DNA of 64,000 bases from an uncultured delta proteobacterium (GTDB taxonomy: Bacteria > Myxococcota_A > Polyangia > Fen-1088). The notes beneath the pieces were generated by a model. It had not been told where the DNA came from and did not search any database. It was given only the letters and a program-made list of their open reading frames with translations. Positions 50,502-61,143 of this stretch are shown here, piece after piece. Position numbers and translations under genes: made by a program. The first letter of the stretch is position 1; each line of letters opens with the position of its first letter. The DNA lies in the NCBI GenBank assembly GCA_963767925.1, contig CAVYGB010000010.1, positions 480,001-544,000 of the forward strand, written 5' to 3'.

Positions 50502-51109
50502 ACCCGCGGTTCGGTGAGCTCCCGCTGCAGCCAGGCCTTGGCGAAGGCCCAGCGGCGGCGGATGGTGGCCGGCGAGAGGCCCAGCGCCCGGCTGGTCTCC
50601 TCCTCCGTGGCGCCCGCGAAGTAACGTTGCTCCACCAGCCGGGCCGCCTGAGCGTCGATCACCGCCAGCCGCTCCAGTGCCCGGTCGAGCGCCAGCAGGC
50701 CCTCAGCGTCGATCGGCCGCTGGCCCGGCACTTCCACCGTGAAGTGCGCACCCCCACCCCGCTTGGCCGTCCGGCGCGCCCGGGCGTGGTCGACCAGGAT
50801 CCGGCGCATGACGTTTGCGGCCAGCGCCAGGAAATGGACCCTGTCGTTCAGCACCAGCTCGTCGCGCTTGGCGAAGCTCAGGAAAGCTTCGTTCACCAGC
50901 GCGACCGAGTCGAAGGTGTGGCCTGGACGCTCCCGCGCGAGCTGCCGGCGAGCGATCCGGCGCAGCTCCCGGTAGACCAGCGGCAAGAGCCGATCGAGGG
51001 CGGCCCGCGGTCCCGGCGCCGGCAGTGCGAGAGGCGCGTCGGCTCGGTCGTCGGCAGTCAGGCCCTCGGCCTGCGGTTCGGGTGCCATCGGTTCGAGTCT
51101 CCCGTCCAC
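50498..51109 (-). CDS. STK-associated ECF sigma factor (TIGR02999/ECF43-like)
   Basis: LLPLVYRELRRIA, MRRILVDHAR...KRGG, RYFAG, W.FAKAWL. ATGA overlap with the kinase. Confidence 0.92.
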   Translation of the reverse strand: MDGRLEPMAPEPQAEGLTADDRADAPLALPAPGPRAALDRLLPLVYRELRRIARRQLARERPGHTFDSVALVNEAFLSFAKRDELVLNDRVHFLALAANVMRRILVDHARARRTAKRGGGAHFTVEVPGQRPIDAEGLLALDRALERLAVIDAQAARLVEQRYFAGATEEETSRALGLSPATIRRRWAFAKAWLQRELTEPRV

Positions 51110-51173
51110 CTAACGCTGGGGCACGGCGCATATTCCCACGATTCAGGGGGTGGTGAGCGCCGGCCGATGGTCG

Positions 51174-51265
51174 CTAACGCCGCTGTGCCAGCAGCCATGC
51201 GTAGACGTCGTGGCCGGCGCTGAGGTCGTACGTCCTGGTCCAGGCGCCGCCATGCTCGACGCTTC
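51174..51265 (-). pseudogene. C-terminal remnant of an alpha/beta-hydrolase (peptidase/phospholipase-like)
   Basis: HGGAWTRTYDLSAGHDVYAWLLAQRR. Confidence 0.5.
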
Positions 51266-51352
51266 GAGACTTCGGAGAACTTTCATGTCCGCTCTGCCTC
51301 GGTGGGCGCGTGCAAGGGACATCTCCGCGGTGGATCGCCCGGGAACCCCCGC

Positions 51353-51754
51353 CTACCACTTCTCGATGGTAACGCCCGGAATCCTCGGGAAGCTCCGTTC
51401 ATCGCGGGTCGCCACCGCGTGACCCAACACGATCGCGGTTGCGGCGATCTGGAGGTCGTGGACGCCCACGATGGTGCCGGCAGCCCGCAGCTTCGCGCGC
51501 AGACGAGCGTATTCCCGCGCCACGGCGACATCGAAGGACACAACCGCCAACGTGCCGATGAGCTGCTCAGCCTGGGCCGAGCGTCTCTGGCGCCGAACCG
51601 GCGTGTCCGCGTGTTCGACGCCCTCGAGCAACTCGGCCGCCGTCACAGCCGCCATCCCGAACCAGCTGCCCGCGCGCTTCGACAGCTCCATCTGCAGGTC
51701 GAGCTTGCCCCGCTCGGCCGCCACGAAGATGCTCGTGTCGATCAGGGCTCCCAC
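51353..51754 (-). CDS. vapC: VapC-type PIN-domain toxin
   Basis: LIDTSIFVAAER, TAAELLEG, HDLQIAATA, TRD..SF.RIPG. Confidence 0.92.
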   Translation of the reverse strand: MGALIDTSIFVAAERGKLDLQMELSKRAGSWFGMAAVTAAELLEGVEHADTPVRRQRRSAQAEQLIGTLAVVSFDVAVAREYARLRAKLRAAGTIVGVHDLQIAATAIVLGHAVATRDERSFPRIPGVTIEKW

Positions 51755-52083
51755 GCGGACGGCTCATGGTCCGTGGTCGGCTGCGAGCGCGTGATCTTCT
51801 CGAGGTCGTCAGCCCAACTCGGATCGTCATGGGGAAGGCTCCGCCAGAGCGCCAGGAGGTCAGCGCCCGTGGACGCCTTGTGCCCGGCTGGAGGGACTTC
51901 CGCGGTGAACATATCGAATGACGCGTCTAGCTCATGTCGTTCGGCCTTGGCAGCGAGCTTCCGCAACGTCTCCGCGAGCGCTGCCTCTCGGGTGACCCCG
52001 AGAGACGCCGTGCCGGGCACGTCGCGGACATCGACGTACCATCCCTGCGGGCGCTTCTCGACTTCAACCCTGAGCAGCAGCAT
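51742..52083 (-). CDS. Putative antitoxin with HicB-like N-terminus
   Basis: GWYVDVRDVPGTASLGVTREAAL plus an acidic tail. Overlaps the PIN start; GGAG RBS before ATG 52083. Confidence 0.75.
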   Translation of the reverse strand: MLLLRVEVEKRPQGWYVDVRDVPGTASLGVTREAALAETLRKLAAKAERHELDASFDMFTAEVPPAGHKASTGADLLALWRSLPHDDPSWADDLEKITRSQPTTDHEPSAWEP

Positions 52084-52399
52084 TTGACTCCTGTGAAGGA
52101 AGTCTAGCGCGTCAACGCATCGATTGTCATGAGACGTTCGACGGGAGGCTTCCAGTCGCGTCATCAAGGCCGCCGGGGGTCGCCCCATGGGAGCGAAACG
52201 GACGGTCGAAATGAAGTCCCCGCCACGTCGGGCGTCCTTGGGCATTTCGAGCATGGCCGCGCGCGAGACGGGCGGACATCTGGTTCCACCAGCGCACGTG
52301 GTCGCCCGGGATCCATCGATCAAGGCCTACTCGCGAGGTGAGTGGCGGCCGGAGGCACTCCTTCGCACGCCCTCGGCACGGAGTCGGCGTGGATAGCAG

Positions 52400-52612
52400 T
52401 TGTGTTACATTGTCTCCTTGGAACGCGACGCCGTGCTCAACCTCCGTGTTCCTTCCGGCGTGAAGCAGGCGCTCCGCCGCGCCGCTGAAGATGACCACGA
52501 CCGTAGTCTTTCGGCCATGGCAACCCGAGTCCTTACCGAATGGCTGATCGAAAACGAGTACCTTCCACGAAAGCGATCCCGACCCGCGCGAAGAAGCAGT
52601 ACGAGGAGATGA
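52400..52612 (+). CDS. Ribbon-helix-helix DNA-binding protein
   Basis: LNLRVPSGVKQALRRAAEDDHDRSLSAMATRVL. Confidence 0.75.
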   Translation: MCYIVSLERDAVLNLRVPSGVKQALRRAAEDDHDRSLSAMATRVLTEWLIENEYLPRKRSRPARRSSTRR

Positions 52613-52615
52613 TCG

Positions 52616-52870
52616 ATGGCTGAGCCGTTTCGGTTTCGAGACAAGTGGTATCTGCGGATCAACTTCCACGATCGAGGGTGGGCCAACGTTCCCACGGCAG
52701 CCCGGAACAAGAGCGAGGCGAAGCGACTGGGAATCGAGCTGCAGCTGAAGGAGGATCGAATTCGTCACGGACTGGACGCACCCCCTCAGCAGAACTGCGA
52801 CGAGATATTCGGTGAGATGGTGCAGTGGTGGATCGACGCCGACTTGGCGAAGTCGCGTTCCTACTTGCTG
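52616..52870 (+). pseudogene. Tyrosine integrase N-terminal stub
   Basis: KWYLR...TAARNKSEAKRL..EL...R.R.GL...FGEMVQWW. No catalytic domain follows. Confidence 0.6.
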
Positions 52871-53177
52871 CTGTGCGCGGCCTCGATCCGACCCGGACGC
52901 GGCAGGGAACGGCAAGAACACGATGAGGGAAGTTCCATCTTCGCGGGTACCTCAGCCGCAGCGCTGGCCAACCCCGTGTGGGATGGTCGCCCCGATGCAT
53001 CCGTCGCAACGCTGGCGTTGTGGACCGGACAACGGTACGCCTCGTTCGACCTATGACCCCGATGAGAAAACGAGGAGTCCGGGCAGTAGTGAGTAATATG
53101 GATTACAGACAACAGGCGGGACAAATGTTGCATCTCGAGGCGGAGGATCTGGCCAACCCTCATCGGAAGGAACCTCA

Positions 53178-56100
53178 GTGTCGGCAGCCAGCTCGACCCA
53201 CCTCGTCGCGACAATCACACTCCTCTTCAACTCTCTGATCGCAGCCTGCGCGAAGCCCCCAGTCAGGACTCCCCGGAAGCGGCCCCGCCCCAGCAAAGCA
53301 CGCAGGCGCTGATCTCGGACCAGGCCCGCGGCGAAGGAGCTAGCGGCTTTTTCTGGCTGCCTCCGATGGTGGAGCGGGCGAGACCGGAAGGGGCCTTCGA
53401 TCGGTCGTTGTCGCCCCAAGTGGACATCGACGAGGTCGATTCCCAGGGGGTCCCCGGCCGCCATGTGGCGACCTTCGCCACCAGTACGGGGCCTCACTCC
53501 GAAAGAATCAAGGTCACCGGCAACCACTTTCAGGTGAACTGGAAGACCAGGTCCTACCGGCTCGAGCGGGGCAAGGTCTACCGGATAAAGGTGACGGTCA
53601 GCGGCCGCGAGATGGGTGTTGCCGACGTGCGCATTGCGGAACGTCAGGGCACCGACGATGACGATGGTGGCCGATGTGAGATCCGGACCGGAGGTCGATC
53701 CGAGTTCGTCGACCTCCAGGGTGATCGCACCCTCCCGATCAAGTTCTTCCTCAACCGCTGCGCGCCCGTTGTCTGTGCCGCCTCGGACGCGTGCCATGAG
53801 GCGGGCACGTGCGACCCGGTCACGGCGATATGCTCCAACCCGGCCAAGGCCGAAGGCGCCTCGTGCTCCGACGGCAACGCCTGCACGCGACATGATGCCT
53901 GCGTGGGCGGTGCCTGCGTGGGAAGCGATCCCGTGGTTTGCGCCGCCTCGGACCAGTGCCACGAAGCCGGGGTGTGTGACCCGTCGTCAGGCAGCTGTTC
54001 CAATCCCGCCAGGGCCGATGGTTCCTCTTGCTCGGACGGCAACGCTTGCACACAGACGGATCAGTGTGTGGGGGGAACCTGCTCAGGCACCACGCCGGTG
54101 GTTTGCTCGGCGCCCGGCTGCACGACGCCCGGCACCTGCAATCCCGCCAACGGAACCTGTTCGAGCGCCAGCGGGTGCGGCCCTGTCTGTGGCAACGGCT
54201 CCATCGACAGCCAGCCGCCCAGCTCGATCCAGTTCGTGTACCTCGCCCGACGGTGCCAGTTCAGTGCCGGCGTCAGCTTCCGCATCAACGGTCAGATCGT
54301 CTTCCAGGGGCCGGCCCAGTCCTCCTGCAGCAACTGCCTGCCCGGCGTGCGTACCACCACCCTGACCGTCCCGAGCGTGCTCGCCCTGGTTCAGCCGGGG
54401 CTCAACGTGTTCAGCGTCAGCTATCCCGACGCTCTGGCCTGGGCGATCGTTCGCGTCGTGGGAGCGACCACCCGCGAGATCGTCATCTTCGACGCCGAGG
54501 GCGGAGGCGACGCCGAAACGCGAAACCCCGACCTGTGCGCCGCTGGCTTTGAAATCGCCGGTGTCGAATCGGGCGAGCGGCGGCACTCGGTCGAAGCCTC
54601 GGTGGGCGAAGAGTGCGATGATGGCAACACGGTGGCGGGGGACGGATGTTCGCCGACATGCGAGCGGGAAAAGTGTTTCGGCGTCGTGTGCGCGCCGAAG
54701 GACGGGTGCCACCAACCTGGTGTCTGTGAACCCAGCACCGGTCTCTGTTCCAACCCGCCGGCTCCCGACGAGACCATCTGCGACGACGGCCGGACCTGCA
54801 CGGGGCAGGACATCTGCCTTCTTGGGACCTGCACCGGCGTGGTGTCTGCGGCTTGTTTCGCCAACCTGGTCGCCCCGATAGATCCGAGCCGGAGCTCGAA
54901 TCTCGCGGACACCACGGTGTTCCTCTATTCGGGTGCCAGTCCCGTCCAGACCGACGTCGAGGCCGGGTTTCTGGATCCGGTTCGGGCGGCCGTAGTCCGC
55001 GGCCGGGTCCTGGGCCCCCAGGGCAACCCTCTGGGAGCGGCGATCGTCACGATCGTCGACCATCCCGAGTTCGGCAAGACCCGAAGCCGCGAGGACGGGC
55101 AATACGATCTCGCCGTCAACGGCGGCGGCAGCTTGCAGGTTCAGATTCAGCGTCCGGGTTACCTGCCCATGGACCGACTGGTCGAGGTTCCCTGGGCCGA
55201 CTACGCGCTGGTGCCAGACGTCGTCATGACCCCCCTGGACACCGAAGTCACTACCGTCGATCTTCCAGCGGACCAGATACAGGTCGCACGGGGAGCGGTC
55301 GTGACGGACGAGGACGGGACCCGCCAGGCGACCCTGTTCTTCATGCCGGGCACGACTGCGATGATGGACGGTCGGGGCCTCGCCCGGTTGAGCGTCCGAG
55401 CCACCGAATACACGGTCGGAGCCGCAGGACCCGATCGGATGCCTGCCACGTTGCCCAACAGCAGCGGGTACGGCTACGCGGTCGAGCTCAGCGTCGACGA
55501 AGCGATCGCCGCCGGCGCACTGGAGGTGCAGTTCTCACGGCCCGTCTACTTTTACCTCGAGAACCTCTTGCGGATGCCGACGGGCGCGACGGTGCCCAAC
55601 GGCCACTATGATCGGTTCGCCCATAGCTGGTGTCCTTCGGACAACGGTCGGGTCATTCGAATTCTGGACGTCAGCGGAGGTCTTGCGATCCTCGATGTCG
55701 ACGGCAGCGGCTTACCCGCTTCGCCGCAGGCCCTGGCCGAGCTGCAGATCAGTCCGGAGGAACAGGCGGAGGTGGCACGCCTCTACACGGCGGGGCAGAC
55801 CTTGTGGCGCGTGCCTCTCGGTCATTTTTCCACGCGAGACCTGGGCAACCCGCCCTTTGGCGTGCCGAAAGGCTTCCGCATCCCTGAGCTCGAAGAGCTG
55901 CTGTCGGAGGACCTGAAGGATACGTCCTGCAAAGAGCAGGGCTCCATCATCGAATGTCAGAGCCAGGTGCTCGGGCAGGAGATACCCATCACCGGAACGG
56001 CCTACAGGCTGACCTACCGGTCGCGGCTGGTGCCCGGAGACACCCGCGACTACTCACTGAGCCAGCAGGTGAAGCCATTCGACGCCTCGGTGTTCCCCGC

Positions 56101-59100
56101 CAAGGCGATAACCGTGGAGACCACGGTGGCCGGTCGCACCCTGATTAAGAACTACACCTGGAGCAGCTACCCCCATGCCAACCCGGTCTTCGATTTCCAC
56201 TGGGACGGGCTCGACCCCTACGGGCGCCGAGTGCAAGGGGCGCACAAGGCCACCGTCCGGGTGGGCTACACCTACCCCATTTTCTATCGGACGCCGGCCG
56301 ACATCGACAGAACGTTTGCGGCCTTCTCGGATGGGACACAAGACGTCACCCTGAACCGGGCCGCCGCTCAAATCACCTTCTACGGCCGTCCACCCACGGG
56401 CGCGGGGGAGGCCGGCCGCCCGGGTCTTCATCTGGGTCGCATGTGGGCGCCCGCCGAGGACCTGGGTGGCTGGGGCCTGGATCTCCACCATCGCTACGAT
56501 CCCTCGGCGCGGGTCCTTCACTTTGGCGACGGGGAGCGGCAGACTGCCCAGGACATCAAGGAGGTCATCTCGATCGTCGCCGGCAGTGAGCAACCTACCG
56601 GTCGTCTTACCGGCCCGGCGCGGGAGGTCGAGATCAGGAACGTCGTCGATCTGGCAGTGTCGCCCAGTGGTGAGGTCTACTTCGCCGACGGGTCTTCGAT
56701 TCGCCGACTCACCCGCGCCGGCGACGTCCAGTTCGTGGTGTCCACCCAGTCCCCAGCGCGGGCGCTCACCTTCGGACCTGACGGAACACTTTACTTCGTG
56801 GTACCGAACAACGGACGCCTCCACTACCTCCGTCCCGGCTGGGCGTCGGACGCCATCGCGGCATCTGGACTCGCCCAGCCGTTTGGTCTCGCCGTGGCCA
56901 AAGATGGGCGCGTGTTCGTGGCGGAGCTCTTCAGCAACCGCGTGCGCACGGTCGACATTGGTTGCGGGGTGAACCGCGTTTGCATCGGGACTGTGGTCGG
57001 CGATAGTCCGGACGGGACTCCCGCTCCCCAGGTTCGGCTCGACCGACCTGGCGATCTGGCCGTCGGACCTGACGACGTGCTTTACATCATCGATTCCGTG
57101 TACCGCATTCGCCGGGTCGGGGCGGACGGAGTTCTCTACAACATCGCCGGGACGGGCTCACCAGGGTTCAGTCCCGACGGCACCGTCGCGAAGGATGCTC
57201 CCATCGGCTGTACCCAGCGCTGCGGGCTGACCGTCGGTGCCGACGGGACGATCTACTTTCTCGAGGGGAACCGGCTGCGCAAGATCGCGCCGGACGGCCG
57301 GCTCTGGACCGTCGCCGGAACAGGTCAGACAGGGACCATCCAGGACAAGGCCAGCGCTCTGGGCAACGCTCTGCGGAGCCCGCAAGACGTTGCTCTGTTG
57401 CCGGACGGACGGCTGGTCTTCGCCGATGCTTCGATCACGTTCGGCTTCCTGAGAAGGATCGAGCCGCCTATGCCCGGATTCGAGGCGCGGGAGATCGCCG
57501 TGGCCGGCCGCGACCGTCATGAGCTCTACGTGTTCGACCCTAGCGGCCGCCACCTGCGCACGCAGGACATCCTGACCGGTACAGTCCATCACCAGTTCCA
57601 ATACGATGGGGCTGGGCGCCTGATTCACATCAAGGATGCTGCGGGCTTGACCACCACCATCGAACGCGACGGCCGGGGCCGGGCAACCGGCATTCTGGCC
57701 CCCGGCGGTCAGCGCAGCCGGCTCGAGTTCGATGACGGTGGATATCTGGCGACCATCGCCAATCCTGCGGGAGAGGCGCATCGCTTCGTCTACGACAGCG
57801 CGGGCCTGATGAGGAGCGCGCGCGATCCCATCGGATATGAGCACACGTTCGAGTACGACACGAGCGGACGTCTGATCAAGGACAACGACCCGGCAGGTGG
57901 GTCCCGCCTGCTGGCCAGGACCGGTGCCGCTCGGGACTTCGCCGTCACGACGACGACGGGCCTGGGGCGAACGAACCGCTACGAGTCCCGGACGCTGCAG
58001 ACCGGGGTCCAGCGACTGCGGACCATCGACCCCTCGGGATGGACGACCCTGGTCGAAACCCAGCCCGACGGTCGACGAAGCTACGTGGGCAGCGACGGGA
58101 CCCGGTCAGAATCGACCTGGGCGCCAGATCCACGGTTCGGATATCAGGCCCCCTTCCCCGGTACGTACACCGTCACCACGCCGAACGGCCGCGCCCTTTC
58201 GGTCCTGGCCTCGCGCAGCGTCTTGACAGATCCAGGCAATTCTTCCGTTCTAATCAGGCAGGTCGATACGTTCAACGTGAACGGCTACACTGGTAGCGAA
58301 ACCTACGACGTCTCGACCCGCCTGTTGACGGCTCTATCGCCGATGGGTCGTCGGTTGGAGGTGCAGTACGACGCTCAGGGCAACGTGACCCGCTTCCAGT
58401 CGGGCGATCTCGCGCCGATCCTCTTGCAGTTCGATACGCGCGGCCGCCTCGCCTCGACCACGGCCGGTACCGGCACCGGCGCACGAACCTGGGTGACTGA
58501 ATATGATGGCCAGGATCGTCCGGCACGCCTCACCGACGGGCTCCAGAACCCGACGGAGCTCTCGTACGACACGTCCGACCGGATCATCTCCGTGGGCCAT
58601 CCGGGCGGCGGCGCCATCGCCATCGGTTACGACCCGAACGGAAACGTCACCGCGATCACGCCGCCCGGACGCAGCGCCTACGGCTTCGGCTATTCGCCCA
58701 TCGACCTCGGGCTGTCCTTCACCTTGCCCACCGTGGCCGGATCCGCCAGCACCTTCTCTTATCCCCGCGACATCGACCGAAAGGTGGACCTGGTTGGCTC
58801 CCCGGGCGGTGCTTCTTTCGATCTGCAGCACGACGCTGGCGGACGTCTCGTGGGGGTGACGACTCCCGAGAGGTCAACGTCGCTCACCTACGATGCCACC
58901 ACCGGCACCATCGCCTCCGTCGTGACCTCGGATGGCGACGCGACCCACTATGGCTGGGATGGGTTTCTGCCCACCGAGGAGGTCATGACGGGCACCCTGA
59001 ACGCGTCGCTCGCCTGGACCTATCGCAACGATTTCCGGGTCGCCTCGTACGCCGTGAACGGGCACGCCACGTCTTACGCCTACGACGCCGACGGCCTGGT

Positions 59101-60601
59101 GACCGGGCTGGGACCTCTGTCGATCACCCGCGACCCGAGCAGCGGCCTGCCGCGGACGATCCAGACCGGAACCCTCTCCGAGAGCTACACGCTCAGTGGC
59201 TTTGGTGAGGTCGACCAGTTCGTCGCTTCCCGCTCGGGCTCGACGCTATATCAGCTCAACCTCCGGCGGGATCTTCTCGGACGGATCGAAGAGAAGGCAG
59301 AGACCATCGAAGGCGTGACAACCACCTGGCACTACTCGTACGACCCTGCCGGGCGCCTGTGGCAGGTGATGAGAGACGGAGCGCTCACCGCCGTCTACCA
59401 GTACGACCCCAACGGCAACCGGATCGCAGGGCCGGGACTCACGACGGCGCCCAGCCACGACGCCCAGGATCGGCTGCTCAGCTACGGGCAATGGATCTTC
59501 GACCATGGCGATCATGGTCTTGCCCGGCGCACGGACCTGACCACGGGTGCGCAGACTCTCTACTCCTACGATTCCACGGGGAACCTGCGGTCGGTGACGC
59601 TGCCTGACTCCACTCGAATCGACTATGCAGTCGACGCGCGCAACCGCCGCATTGGCAAGAAGGTCAACGGAATTTTCGTGCGACGCTGGGTATACCAGGA
59701 TGACCTGGATATTGCGGCCGAGCTGGACGGTGCCGGAGGGGTGATCTCCACCTTCGTCAGCCGGGCCTACTTCCAGCGGGGCGGACGAACATACCGCTAT
59801 ATCCGCGACCAGCTGGGTAGCGTTCGGCTGGTCGTGGATGTCGACACCGGCGCGGTCGCGCAGCGGATCGACTACGACGAGTTTGGTCGGGTGCTCCTCG
59901 ACACCAACCCGGGCTTTCAGCCCTACGGTTTCGCGGGCGGGCTCTACGATCCGGACACCCGGCTGGTCCGGTTCGGAGCACGCGACTATGACCCGCAGGT
60001 CGGCCGGTGGACGGCTCGCGACCCGAAGGGCTTCGTGGGCGGCTACTCGAATCTTTACGCTTACGTCAACAACGACCCCATAAACCTCCTCGACCCGCAC
60101 GGGCTCGACTGGCTGCTGACCACCTTGGACTTTCTCACCGGCGTGGCGGACTCGCTGTCGATGGGGTTGGGACCGGTGGCCCGGGAGGTCTGGGACGAGG
60201 TGACCGGCGACGACCTGGCGGGCTCGGTCGACACGTGCTCGTCGGCCTACCAGATGGGCAAAGACGCAGCCTTCTATTTTGGCCTGGGACGCACCGCCTA
60301 CGCGGGGGCTGCTCTCGGCGCTGGCAAAGCCATTGCGCGCTTCGTCCAGGACCCGATGAAGGCGGCCGCCCTGGCGGTCTCGGCGCGAAATGCGGCCAAG
60401 ATCGTGGGGCGGGGGCCGTTGTCTATCATTCCGCAGGTGAGGAACTTCCGAAGGTATACCGTTGAGCAGATGCTGGCAAAGAAGGGTGGGGATCCCCAGA
60501 AGGTGCTCGAGTCGGCGATGAAGACGAATCCCGGATTGAACGCGGCCGGCCTCAACGGCCTGATCGGTAACGCCACCTCCGGGTGCGACAAATGCCCCTG
60601 A
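53178..60601 (+). CDS. Teneurin-like Rhs/YD-repeat protein with Cys-rich N-terminus and C-terminal putative toxin domain
   Basis: Main ORF 53366-60601: Cys-rich repeats, EECDDGN, carboxypeptidase-like Ig (DGQYDLAVNGGG), LTYRS, GGWGLDLHHRYDP, NHL repeats, YD repeats, FGARDYDP..GRW, DPHGL. Probable signal peptide at 53178-53249 is one base out of frame. Confidence 0.92.
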
Positions 60602-61125
60602 CGGTCGGGGGTGAGCTGTTGCTCACCCGGTTTGACAACTCGGGGGACTTCTTCGTGCTTCGACTCCCGGAGAATCACGTGGAGAGAAAAAGAACATATT
60701 GGAAGGATCCCGGGCTCGGTTCATCGGGGTTTGCCCAGAATCGGAAACTTGGGTTGTGGAATCGACGCTCCACCTTGATCGCGCTCTTTGTATATAATGA
60801 AGGTGTGTGGTTTTTCGCGGACGGACAGTGCTATCCGGTGACCGCAGGCCAGAGTCAGGCGATGTTGGTTTCGGTCGCTCCCTTCGTGTGGCGTTTTCGT
60901 CTGGTTCGGGATCAGGACGTGGTATTCGAGGTCGACTACTGGTGGTTTTCGACCCAGATACCGGCGGACAACGAGGACCTGTTCGGATTCATCGCCCAAA
61001 CCATCAGCGGTTCCGCGAACGGACTTCGTCGGTTCGAGTACGGCTGGCGGGCCAATCTGGCGGGCAGAAGCACGACCACGAAGGAGTTCCTCGCCGAGCT
61101 CGAGGAACACGCGGGAAAGCCGTGA
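60583..61125 (+). CDS. Candidate immunity protein
   Basis: Small, AT-richer ORF directly after the Rhs C-terminus. Start uncertain (GTG 60679 has a GGAG RBS). Confidence 0.65.
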   Translation: MRQMPLTVGGELLLTRFDNSGDFFVLRLPENHVERKRTYWKDPGLGSSGFAQNRKLGLWNRRSTLIALFVYNEGVWFFADGQCYPVTAGQSQAMLVSVAPFVWRFRLVRDQDVVFEVDYWWFSTQIPADNEDLFGFIAQTISGSANGLRRFEYGWRANLAGRSTTTKEFLAELEEHAGKP

Positions 61126-61143
61126 CAGCGTAGAGGGGTGGCC

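Noticed and set aside
52084..53100. tRNA or att site near the integrase stub
   Set aside because: No cloverleaf or flanking direct repeat was recognisable by eye. tRNAscan-SE and a repeat search would be needed to exclude them.
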